From: Arthrobacter sp. 49Tsu3.1M3
GTDB taxonomy: Bacteria > Actinomycetota > Actinomycetes > Actinomycetales > Micrococcaceae
Assembly (NCBI RefSeq): GCF_900168135.1
Contig: NZ_FUZD01000012.1
Span: 11,834-43,833, forward strand
Direction of reading: 5' to 3'
Length of the DNA: 32,000 bases
Position 1 is the first letter of the stretch. Every line of letters begins with the position of its first letter. This document shows positions 23,877 through 31,984 of the stretch, one piece after another. Under the pieces are notes generated by a model. It was given only the letters and a program-made list of their open reading frames with translations. It was not told where the DNA came from and did not search any database. Made by a program: the position numbers and the translations under genes.

Positions 23877-24851
23877 TCACAGCGGGTCCGCGGTGGTGGG
23901 GACGGCCACGGAGGGAACACCGTCGCGGAGCAGCAGCGGGAGGGGATCAAGATGCAGCGCCTTGTCCTCGAGGCAGGCCCCGGCCTTCCGGACATCGAAG
24001 TGGCTGCGGCAGTGCGGGCAGCGCAACAGGCCGCCCCCCACAGGGGCAGCCAGCGCCCGCTGCAGCGAGGCGCCCGGCATGGAGTGGGTGCACCGCGGGC
24101 AGCGGTCCACAAACGCGTAGACGTCCGGGCCGATCCGGCACGTGAGCACCTCCACGCCCGCCACCAGGAAGCCCGCCACGGCTCCGGACTCCAGCTCAGC
24201 GAGGGCCGGGACCGCCTGCCACGTGCCTGAGGCAGGCGTGCCGGAGTCGGGGACGGCCCAGCCCGGCGCCGCACTGCGGGTGCCGCCGTCCGGCGGGGCG
24301 CCCAGCCCGTCCAGCCGCGAGCGCAGGGCTCCGACCGGGATGAGGGCCGGAACGGCGGCGGGAGCCGCCTCCTCCACTTCGATGCCGGTCACCTCGGGCG
24401 CCGCAGATTCGATCGCGTCCTCGACGGCGAGCTTCAGCGTCACTGACGACGACGGACAGCCCTGGCAGCTGCCCAGCAGCCGCAGCCGGACGACGCCTTC
24501 TTCGCTGATGCCGAGCAGTTCCACATCCCCGCCATGCGAGCCAAGGTAGGGCCGGACGGAGTCCAGGGCGCCGGCGACCCTGCCGGACAGGTCCACGGGG
24601 TGCAGCCCGTGGATCAGGAGCAGGCCTGACACCAACGGGTCGGACGTGAGGGCGGACACCGTTCCGGGCCCGAGCGCACCTTGCGAATCGAGCACGTGCA
24701 GGATCCGTTCCAGCCCGGCACCGTACAGCTCCGTCACCTGCCGGACCAGTTCCTCGGCCCGGTCCCGGGCCACCGGACCGCCGGAGCCCAGCACGTCCAG
24801 GAGGGAACTGATCCGTTCACCGGCCGAGCCCAACAGATTCTCCCGGTCCAT
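23877..24851 (-). CDS. hhyE: NifU-like / Rieske-type fusion iron-sulfur protein (HhyE-like putative electron-transfer partner)
   Basis: A NifU C-terminal-type motif LLGSCQGCPSSSVTLK sits in the N-terminal half. The C-terminal half carries CPRCTH (CxH) and CPHCRSH (CxxH), i.e. Rieske-type 2Fe-2S ligands. It lies 6 nt downstream of hhyL. Confidence 0.8.
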   Translation of the reverse strand: MDRENLLGSAGERISSLLDVLGSGGPVARDRAEELVRQVTELYGAGLERILHVLDSQGALGPGTVSALTSDPLVSGLLLIHGLHPVDLSGRVAGALDSVRPYLGSHGGDVELLGISEEGVVRLRLLGSCQGCPSSSVTLKLAVEDAIESAAPEVTGIEVEEAAPAAVPALIPVGALRSRLDGLGAPPDGGTRSAAPGWAVPDSGTPASGTWQAVPALAELESGAVAGFLVAGVEVLTCRIGPDVYAFVDRCPRCTHSMPGASLQRALAAPVGGGLLRCPHCRSHFDVRKAGACLEDKALHLDPLPLLLRDGVPSVAVPTTADPL

Positions 24852-24857
24852 GGCGGG

Positions 24858-26651
24858 CTACTCACCGGTGAGCGACTGCGTGGGGGAGTGCAGCAAGTCC
24901 AGCGTCTGCCCGTCGCCGAGGTACATGTGGACTCCGCACGGCAGGCAGGGGTCGAAGCTGCGGACGGTGCGCATGATGTCGATGCCCTTGAAATGATCGC
25001 GGTCGTTCTCCTCGAAGATGGGCTGGCCCTGCACGGCGTCCTCATACGGGCCCGGTGTTCCCTCGGAGTCGCGCGGGCTGGCGTTCCACGGCGTCGGCGG
25101 ATAGGGATGGTAGTTGGCGATCTTGCCGTCACGGATCACCATGTGGTGCGAGAGCACGCCGCGGACGGCTTCGGTGAAGCCGCAGCTGATGGCTTCCTCC
25201 GGCACCTCGAAGGACTCCCACGTCTTGGTGCGGCCGGCCCGGATCTCCTCGAGCGCCTTTTCGGCGAAGTGCAGTGCGGCGGCCGCCGCGTAGGCCTGGA
25301 AATAGGTCCGGGCGCGGTTCCGCTCCAGCGTGTTGCTCCACTGCGGGATCTTCCATTCCAGGGTCACCGGCCCCTTCAGCGCAGTCTTGGGGAGCTCGAT
25401 CTGGACGCTGCTGCCCGTTGACTTGAGGTAGCCGGTGTCCACGAAGCCGGCAAGGGCAGTCGACCAGAGCCGGGCCAGCGGGCCGCCGCCGGTATCCAGC
25501 GCCAGGTTGCTTTCGCCGTCATTCCACCGTGGGGACATCACCCAGCTGTACTTGTCCTCGAGGTCGCGCTTCTGCGGCCGCGGGTTGGTGTGCTGGTTCC
25601 AGGGGTGCCGGCGGTCCACCGGGTTGCCCAGCGGGTCGCGGGTGACGAACATTTCCTGGTCGCCCCAGTCCTCGTAGTAGGACGAGCCCAGCATGATCCG
25701 GATGCCCAGGTTGATGCGCACCAGGTCCGTGGTCACGAGTTTGCCGTCCACCACGACGCCGGGGGTGACGAACATCTTCCGGCCCCACTCCGTCATGTCC
25801 TTGTAGGCGAAATTGCAGAACTCCGGGTCCTGGAAAGACCCCCAGCAGCCCAGCAGGGTGCGCCGCAGCCCCACCTGCTCGTACCCGGGCAGGGCCGCAT
25901 AGAAGAAGTCGAAGAGGTCATCGTGCATCGGCACGACCTTCTTCATGAACTCCACGTACCGCATGAGCCGGGTGATGTAGTCCGTCATCAGCTGGATCGT
26001 CGCCACGGTGCCCACGCCGCCGGGGTAAAGCGTGGAGGGATGGACATGCCGGCCCTCCATCAGGCAGAACATTTCCCGGGTCATCCGGCTCACCTGCAGC
26101 GCCTCGCGGTAGAACTCCCCGGTAAACGGGTTCAGCGAGCGCATGATGTCCGCGATGGTGCGGTAGCCGTGCTCGGCGGCGTGCGGGGCCGGCGTGTTCT
26201 CGGCTTTGGCCAGTACCGACGGGTTGGTTTCGGAGACCATCTTCTCGCAATAGTCCACGCCGACGAGGTTCTCCTGGAAGATGTTGTGGTCGAACATGTA
26301 CTCGGCAGCCTCGCCCAGGTTGACGATCCATTCGCCGAGGTGGGGCGGCTTCACGCCGTAGGCCATGTTCTGCGCGTAACAGGAACACGTGGCGTGGTTG
26401 TCGCCGCAGATTCCGCAGATCCGGCTCGTGATGAAGTGCGCGTCCCGGGGGTCCTTGCCGCGCATGAAGATGGAATAGCCGCGGAAAATCGAGGACGTGC
26501 TGTGGCATTCCACCACTTGGTTGTTCTTGAAATCGACCTTGGTGTAGATGCCGAGGCTGCCGACGATCCGTGTGATCGGGTCCCAGGCCATCTCCACCAG
26601 GTTCTCGCCCGCGGTACCGTCCGCCGGGGGCATCGGAATCGTCGAAGTCAT
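24858..26651 (-). CDS. hhyL: [NiFe]-hydrogenase large subunit, group 1h (group 5) type
   Basis: L1 motif TSRICGICGDNH and L2 motif SFDPCLPCGVH. A 22-aa C-terminal extension (MYLGDGQTLDLLHSPTQSLTGE) would be removed by the endopeptidase. 597 aa. Confidence 0.95.
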   Translation of the reverse strand: MTSTIPMPPADGTAGENLVEMAWDPITRIVGSLGIYTKVDFKNNQVVECHSTSSIFRGYSIFMRGKDPRDAHFITSRICGICGDNHATCSCYAQNMAYGVKPPHLGEWIVNLGEAAEYMFDHNIFQENLVGVDYCEKMVSETNPSVLAKAENTPAPHAAEHGYRTIADIMRSLNPFTGEFYREALQVSRMTREMFCLMEGRHVHPSTLYPGGVGTVATIQLMTDYITRLMRYVEFMKKVVPMHDDLFDFFYAALPGYEQVGLRRTLLGCWGSFQDPEFCNFAYKDMTEWGRKMFVTPGVVVDGKLVTTDLVRINLGIRIMLGSSYYEDWGDQEMFVTRDPLGNPVDRRHPWNQHTNPRPQKRDLEDKYSWVMSPRWNDGESNLALDTGGGPLARLWSTALAGFVDTGYLKSTGSSVQIELPKTALKGPVTLEWKIPQWSNTLERNRARTYFQAYAAAAALHFAEKALEEIRAGRTKTWESFEVPEEAISCGFTEAVRGVLSHHMVIRDGKIANYHPYPPTPWNASPRDSEGTPGPYEDAVQGQPIFEENDRDHFKGIDIMRTVRSFDPCLPCGVHMYLGDGQTLDLLHSPTQSLTGE

Positions 26652-26676
26652 TGCATTGCCTCTCTGCCTAGCGTCC

Positions 26677-27735
26677 CTACCAGGTCCGCTTGGCGCCGGT
26701 CAGCAGATCATTACCGGGTTTGCGCCAGCGTGGTTCCTGGTCCAGCGTGTGCTTCGTGATGTTCCGCAGTGTCCTGATGGTCTTGCCGTACGGCATGACC
26801 GACGCAGTCGACAACTTGCCGCCGGGAGGTTCGTCCATGAACGGCATGAATTTGTCCGGGAAGCCCGGCATCGTGCAGCCGATGCAGATGCCGCCCACGT
26901 TGGGGCAGCCGCCGATTCCGTTCATCCAGCCGCGCTTGGGCACGTTGCACTTAACCACCGGTCCCCAGCAGCCGAGCTTGACGATGCACTTCGGGGACCC
27001 GTATTCGGTGGCGAAATCGCCCTGTTCGTAGTACCCCGCCCGGTCGCATCCCTCGTGCACCGTCTGGCCAAACAGCCAGGTCGGCCGGAGCGCCTCATCC
27101 AGGGGAATCATGGGGGCCTGTCCGGTGGCCTGGTACAGCAGATACGTCATGGTTTCGGACAGGTTGTCGGGCTGGATGGGGCAGCCCGGGACGCACACGA
27201 TCGGGATCCCGGCTTTGGAGCGCCAGTCATACCCGAGATAGTCGGGCACCCCCATGGCGCCGGTGGGGTTACCGGCCATGGCATGGATGCCGCCGTAGGT
27301 CGCACAGGTCCCGGCGGCGATGATCGCCGTCGCCTTGGGCGCCAGCCGGTCCAGCCACTCGCTGGTGGTGATCGGCTGTCCGGTGTCGAGGTTGTTGCCG
27401 AAGGCCGCCCAGTAGCCGCCCGCGGCGTGCAGCTTTTCATTCGGGATGGACCCCTCCACTACCAGCACAAACGGCTCCAGTTCGCCGCGGTCCGCCTTGC
27501 GGAACCACTCGAGGAAGTCGTCGGCGCCTTGCTGCGGGCCGCATTCGAAGTCGATCAGCGGCCAGTGCATGGCAATCTTGGGTAGTCCGGGGAGCGCCCC
27601 AAGGGCTATCTCCTCGACGCTGGGCTGGGTTGCCGCCGTCAGGGCCACGGAATCACCGTCGCAACTGAGTCCGGCGTTGATCCACAGCACGTGGATCAAG
27701 GTTTCTTCCGCTTTCAATGCAGTAGCTGTAGGCAT
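26677..27735 (-). CDS. hhyS: [NiFe]-hydrogenase small subunit, group 1h type
   Basis: Small-subunit Fe-S ligand pattern (…GLSCDGDS…, GTCATYGG, CPNVGGICIGCTMPGFPD). There is no twin-arginine signal peptide. 352 aa. Confidence 0.95.
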   Translation of the reverse strand: MPTATALKAEETLIHVLWINAGLSCDGDSVALTAATQPSVEEIALGALPGLPKIAMHWPLIDFECGPQQGADDFLEWFRKADRGELEPFVLVVEGSIPNEKLHAAGGYWAAFGNNLDTGQPITTSEWLDRLAPKATAIIAAGTCATYGGIHAMAGNPTGAMGVPDYLGYDWRSKAGIPIVCVPGCPIQPDNLSETMTYLLYQATGQAPMIPLDEALRPTWLFGQTVHEGCDRAGYYEQGDFATEYGSPKCIVKLGCWGPVVKCNVPKRGWMNGIGGCPNVGGICIGCTMPGFPDKFMPFMDEPPGGKLSTASVMPYGKTIRTLRNITKHTLDQEPRWRKPGNDLLTGAKRTW

Positions 27736-27791
27736 CGTTGCCTCCTTCGGAGCCCGCCCTGTGGCCGCGGCTCGAATGTTGCGTCAGCAGG

Positions 27792-28766
27792 TCAAACGCG
27801 TAGTCCGCCGGAGCGCGGCGCACTCCCGGCGGCAGCCGCCGCCAGGTGGGGATTCTTCCGGATCCACTCCAGCCAGCCGTCCATGCCGTCGCCGGTGGTA
27901 GCTGACAGGGTCAGGACGTCGACGCCGGGATTCAGCAGGCGCGCCTGGCGCACGCAACGCTCGACGTCGAACTCCACATAGGGGAGCAGGTCTGCTTTGT
28001 TGATGATCACCAGGTCGGCAGCCAGGAACATGTGGGGGTATTTCTGCGGTTTGTCATCGCCCTCCGTAACTGAGATCACAACGACCCGGGCCGATTCGCC
28101 GAGGTCGAACAATGCCGGGCACACCAGGTTGCCCACGTTTTCGATGAAGAGTGTCGATCCGGGGACCGGATCCAGCGCGCCCAGCGCCCGCTGCAGCATC
28201 CCGGCATCCAGGTGGCAGCCTGCTCCGGTGTTGATCTGGATCACCGGCCGCCCGGTGGACCGGATCCTGTCGGCGTCCAGCGAGGTCTCCTGGTCCCCTT
28301 CGATCACACCAATGTCCAGCTCACCGGCAAGTTCCCTGATGGTCCGGACCAGGAGCGTGGTCTTGCCGGCCCCCGGGGAACTCATGACATTGAAGGCCTG
28401 GATGCCGCGGCCTTCCAGCCAACCCCGGTTCCGTGCGGCCAGGAGGTCGTTCTTGGCGAGAAGGTTCTCTTCCAGGGAGATGAGGGTCCGTCCGTCAGCC
28501 GCGGGGCTGGGCCCGGCGTCGGCTGTCCCGGGGGATTGGGGATGCTGATGGCCGTGCTCGTGCCCGTGCCCGTGATCGTGCTCGTGATCGTGCCCGTGAT
28601 CGTGATCGTGATTGTGATTGTGATTGTGCGGATGCCCGTGCTCGTGATCGTGATCGTGCGAATGTTCGTGCGGGGCCGCAGCGGCGGGCACGGTATCGTG
28701 CACAGTCCCGTCGAGGTCCGAAACCCTGGTGCCGGCGTCGTCGCCGCATCCGCACGTCGCACACAT
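27792..28766 (-). CDS. hypB: hydrogenase nickel-incorporation GTPase HypB with His-rich tract
   Basis: N-terminal MCATCGC (CxxCGC Ni site), Walker A SSPGAGKTTLL, and an ENVGNLVCP motif. Confidence 0.95.
   Translation of the reverse strand: MCATCGCGDDAGTRVSDLDGTVHDTVPAAAAPHEHSHDHDHEHGHPHNHNHNHDHDHGHDHEHDHGHGHEHGHQHPQSPGTADAGPSPAADGRTLISLEENLLAKNDLLAARNRGWLEGRGIQAFNVMSSPGAGKTTLLVRTIRELAGELDIGVIEGDQETSLDADRIRSTGRPVIQINTGAGCHLDAGMLQRALGALDPVPGSTLFIENVGNLVCPALFDLGESARVVVISVTEGDDKPQKYPHMFLAADLVIINKADLLPYVEFDVERCVRQARLLNPGVDVLTLSATTGDGMDGWLEWIRKNPHLAAAAAGSAPRSGGLRV
28542..28670 (-). repeat. strictly alternating His-X tract (22 His in 43 residues) in HypB; DNA is a degenerate 6-bp repeat
   Basis: HEHSHDHDHEHGHPHNHNHNHDHDHGHDHEHDHGHGHEHGHQH, read from the translation. 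Confidence 0.9.
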
Positions 28767-28768
28767 GT

Positions 28769-29098
28769 CTACGCAACCTCCACCGAGGTGACCAGGAGTT
28801 CCCGGCCACTGACGACTTCGACATCGGCACTGCCGCAGGGGCAGAGCAGAAACATGTCCTCAAGGACGAACTCGTCGTGGCAGCTGCGGCATCTGGCCCG
28901 GCCCTCGGATTCATCGATCGTCAGGGTTGCCCCGGCCAGCGGCGTGTCAGCTGAAACGACTTCGAAGCAAAAGCGCACGGCATCCGGGAGGACGCCGCTC
29001 AAGGGTCCGATCCGCAGGTTGACGCCCGTCACGGAGCGGCCACCGGTCCGGTCCAGGACCGCCTCCACAAGACTTTGCGTGATCGAAAGTTCGTGCAT
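28769..29098 (-). CDS. hypA: hydrogenase nickel insertion protein HypA
   Basis: N-terminal MHE Ni-binding motif and a zinc site CRSC…CPC. 109 aa. GAGGTGG lies 9 nt upstream of the ATG, and the gene ends 2 nt before hypB. Confidence 0.9.
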   Translation of the reverse strand: MHELSITQSLVEAVLDRTGGRSVTGVNLRIGPLSGVLPDAVRFCFEVVSADTPLAGATLTIDESEGRARCRSCHDEFVLEDMFLLCPCGSADVEVVSGRELLVTSVEVA

Positions 29099-29122
29099 GA
29101 GCCGCTGCCACCTCGTCGTTTC

Positions 29123-29151
29123 AATGTAGGCCTGCGGGGTACAAACTTCAA
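29123..29151 (-). promoter_or_regulatory. candidate sigma-70-type promoter of the hypA-…-hypC operon: TTGAAG-N17-TACATT
   Basis: On the minus strand, TTGAAG (29151-29146), a 17-nt spacer, then TACATT (29128-29123), which fits TAnnnT. The -10 lies 24 nt upstream of the hypA ATG. Pattern match only. Confidence 0.4.
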
Positions 29152-29246
29152 TATGTCCGGAGCCCTGGGAGCGCTGGCCCGGCTGCCGGCTTCAGCCGCT
29201 CGCTTCGCGCCTGCGGGCGTCCGTCCCTGCGTCCCCCGGGCGTCCC

Positions 29247-29274
29247 CCCGGGCGTGCCTGCCGGCACGCCCGGG
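29247..29274. other. very GC-rich perfect hairpin (12-bp stem CCCGGGCGTGCC / GGCACGCCCGGG, loop TGCC) in the hypA/parA divergent region
   Basis: Read directly. It is preceded by the direct repeat CCCCCGGGCGT x2. Confidence 0.5.
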
Positions 29275-29454
29275 CCGCCGTGGCCGCCCGGCGGCAACCT
29301 TCGACTTCAACCCGAACGTCAAGGCACAGCCTCCGGCGCAGTGTCAAGGTCCGCCGAATACCGTGTCGGGCGCTGTAACCTTGGGAGGAACGCGCTGGGC
29401 TCCGGGAGCCTGGACGCGGCACAATGAAGCACGACAATCACCGTCATCGAAAGT

Positions 29455-30366
29455 GTGGATAGATACGTGAGCAGCGAGCAGGGTTCAGCAACTCTGGAAG
29501 GCACCGAACTCGATCTGGAAGACGCCGTCATGGGCCCCACCGGGCGGCCCCAACGCGACTTTCCGGAGCCCGCGCCGCTGTCCTCCCACGGTCCCGCGCG
29601 GGTCATCGCCATGGTGAACCAGAAGGGCGGGGTGGGCAAAACCACGTCCACTATCAACCTCGCCGCCGCCCTGGCCGAATACGGCCGCCGCGTGCTCCTG
29701 GTCGACTTCGATCCGCAGGGCGCGCTGTCTGCCGGCCTGGGCACCAACCCGCACGAGCTCGACCTCACCGTGTACAACGTGCTGATGGACCGCAAGGTGG
29801 ACATCCGCGACGCCATCCAGAAGACCGGCGTCGAAAACGTGGACCTGCTCCCGGCCAACATCGACCTCTCCGCCGCCGAGGTGCAGCTGGTCAACGAAGT
29901 GGCCCGCGAACAGGTGCTGGACCGGGCCCTGAAGAAGGTCGAGGACGACTACGACGTCGTCCTGATCGATTGCCAGCCCTCGCTCGGCCTGCTCACCGTC
30001 AACGCGCTGACCGCCGCCCACGGCGTCATCATTCCGCTGATCTGTGAATTCTTCGCGCTGCGCGCCGTGGCGCTGCTCGTCGAAACCATCGACAAGGTCC
30101 AGGACCGCCTCAATCCGCGCCTGCAGGTCGACGGCGTGCTCGCCACGATGTACGACGCCCGGACCCTGCACGGCCGCGAGGTGATCGCCCGCCTGGTGGA
30201 GGCCTTTGGCGACAAGGTCTTCGAAACGGTCATCAAGCGCTCGATCAAATTTGCCGACGCCACGGTCGCGGCCGAGCCCATCACGACCTACGCGGGCAAC
30301 CACGTCGGTGCCGACGCCTACCGCCGCCTCGCCAAAGAGCTGATCTCGCGCGGCGGCGCGCCCTAG
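29455..30366 (+). CDS. ParA/Soj-family ATPase (the parA-like gene preceding scpA-scpB)
   Basis: Deviant Walker A NQKGGVGKTTSTINLA. 303 aa from the GTG at 29455; an alternative GTG lies at 29467. Confidence 0.9.
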   Translation: MDRYVSSEQGSATLEGTELDLEDAVMGPTGRPQRDFPEPAPLSSHGPARVIAMVNQKGGVGKTTSTINLAAALAEYGRRVLLVDFDPQGALSAGLGTNPHELDLTVYNVLMDRKVDIRDAIQKTGVENVDLLPANIDLSAAEVQLVNEVAREQVLDRALKKVEDDYDVVLIDCQPSLGLLTVNALTAAHGVIIPLICEFFALRAVALLVETIDKVQDRLNPRLQVDGVLATMYDARTLHGREVIARLVEAFGDKVFETVIKRSIKFADATVAAEPITTYAGNHVGADAYRRLAKELISRGGAP

Positions 30367-30374
30367 CCAGGGTC

Positions 30375-31289
30375 GTGGCAGGCGCCTTTTCTCCGCCGGT
30401 GAATCTTGACATGACTGCGGAGCTCGATACACGTGCGGAATCCGCGCGGGCCGCGGGGCCGGAGCACCCGGCAGAGCCGGGCGTCAAAAAGCCCGGATTC
30501 GAAGTGCGGCTGGCCAACTTCACCGGCCCGTTCGATCTCCTGCTCGGCCTGATCTCCAAGCACCAGCTGGACATCACCGAGGTGGCGCTGTCCACGGTCA
30601 CTGACGAATTCATTAAATACATCAGGGGGCTGCAGCAGCTGGGGGAGGAATGGGCGCTGGATGAGGCCAGCGAATTCCTGGTGATTGCGGCCACCCTCCT
30701 GGACCTCAAAGCGGCCCGGCTGCTGCCCGCGGGCGAGGTTGAGGACGATGAGGACATTGCCCTCCTGGAGGCCCGGGACCTCCTGTTCGCCCGGCTGCTG
30801 CAGTACAAGGCCTTCAAGCAGGTGGCCGGCATGATCGGCTCCACGCTCGAGCTCGAGGCGCGGCGCTATCCCCGGCAGGTTGCCCTGGAGGGACACTTCG
30901 CTGCCCTGCTTCCGGAACTGCTGTGGCGGCACACCCCTGCCCAGTTCGCTTCCCTGGCCGAGGCGGCCCTCAAACCCAAGGAGGCAGCCCCCACCGAAGT
31001 GGGCCTCGCGCACCTGCACGGCGCGCCCGTCAGCGTCAAGGAACAGGCCGAGCTGCTGGGGAACCGGCTGCGGCTGGGCACGCCGCTGAGCTTCCGGGCC
31101 CTGATCGCCGACGCCGAATCGACGCTGGTGGTGGTGGCACGGTTCCTGGCGCTGCTGGAGCTGTTCCGTGACCGGGCGGTGGGCTTTGACCAGCTGCTGC
31201 CGCTGGGGGACCTGACGGTGCACTGGACGGCCGATACCCAGGGGTGGAGCAGCGAAAACCTGAGTGAAGAATACGAGGACCAACCGTGA
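30375..31289 (+). CDS. scpA: segregation and condensation protein A (kleisin)
   Basis: ScpA N-terminal motif FEVRLANFTGPFDLLLGLISKHQLDITEVALSTVTDEF. The start is GTG at 30375 or ATG at 30411. Confidence 0.85.
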   Translation: MAGAFSPPVNLDMTAELDTRAESARAAGPEHPAEPGVKKPGFEVRLANFTGPFDLLLGLISKHQLDITEVALSTVTDEFIKYIRGLQQLGEEWALDEASEFLVIAATLLDLKAARLLPAGEVEDDEDIALLEARDLLFARLLQYKAFKQVAGMIGSTLELEARRYPRQVALEGHFAALLPELLWRHTPAQFASLAEAALKPKEAAPTEVGLAHLHGAPVSVKEQAELLGNRLRLGTPLSFRALIADAESTLVVVARFLALLELFRDRAVGFDQLLPLGDLTVHWTADTQGWSSENLSEEYEDQP

Positions 31290-31984
31290 ACGAACGACTC
31301 CCTGACGCTGCCGGCGAGGCCGGGCCCGACGCCGGGCCGGACGTCGCGAGCCTGCCGGGGGGCGCCCGCGCGGCCCTCGAGGCCGTCCTGATGGTGGTCG
31401 ACGAACCGGCCACCGCCCCGGCCCTGGCTGCCGGGCTGAAACTGACGGTCGACGTCGTCGAGACCCTGCTGGCTGAACTGCAGCGGGAGTATAACGGCTA
31501 TACTGTTAATGCCCCGGATGCGGACGTCGCCAGCCAGAGCCGTAACAACAACGGCAACACGGACGGCAACAGAGCCGCCCCCCGGGGTTTTGAATTGCGG
31601 AATATCGCCGGAGGCTGGCGGATCTATTCCCGCGCGGAGTTCGCTGAGATCGTTGGCGGATTCGTGTTGGAAGGCCAAACAGCCAGGCTGACGCAGGCGG
31701 CGCTCGAAACGCTCGCCGTCATCGCATACCGCCAGCCCGTATCAAGGGCGCGGGTGTCTGCAATTCGAGGAGTCAACGTTGACTCTGTCGTGCGGACGCT
31801 GACGCAGCGGGGGCTGATTGAGGATTCGGGAACAGATCCCGAATCCGGAGCAATCCTGTACCGCACGACATCGTATTTCCTTGAGCGGATGGGAATCGGC
31901 TCTGTGGCTGAATTGCCGCAGCTTTCCCCCCACCTTCCTGGACTGGAAGGCATCGAGGATTTTTACGATGCAGCAAGAATGTAG
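31286..31984 (+). CDS. scpB: segregation and condensation protein B
   Basis: The GTG start overlaps the scpA stop (GTGA). ScpB winged-helix motifs are present ([11 protein letters not shown]…, [44 protein letters not shown]). An Asn/Gly-rich insertion lies between the two winged helices. Confidence 0.85.
   Translation: [232 protein letters not shown]

Noticed and set aside
26677-27735. Missing Tat signal peptide on the hydrogenase small subunit, as a possible 5' truncation or pseudogene
   Set aside because: The ORF starts with an ATG shortly before the first Fe-S ligand motif. Absence of a Tat signal is the expected state for group 1h enzymes, and the downstream gene order is intact.
28542-28670. 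Short periodic DNA repeats that might suggest a CRISPR or satellite array
   Set aside because: They are the coding sequence of the HypB His-X tract (6-bp periodicity, in frame, no spacers). Nothing in the window has a repeat-spacer architecture and no cas genes are present.
19944-29098. Hydrogenase cluster as a horizontally acquired island or mobile element
   Set aside because: No integrase, transposase, flanking direct repeats or tRNA was seen. Composition and codon style look like the neighbouring genes by eye. This cannot be excluded without a compositional calculation and comparative genomics.
29029-29470. ORFs of 81-131 aa in the hypA/parA intergenic region (29029-29322 minus, 29075-29470 plus, 29192-29437 minus)
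   Set aside because: They overlap each other and hypA. They are Arg/Pro/Ala/Gly-rich and lack ribosome-binding sites and motifs. The region is better explained as promoter and structured non-coding DNA.
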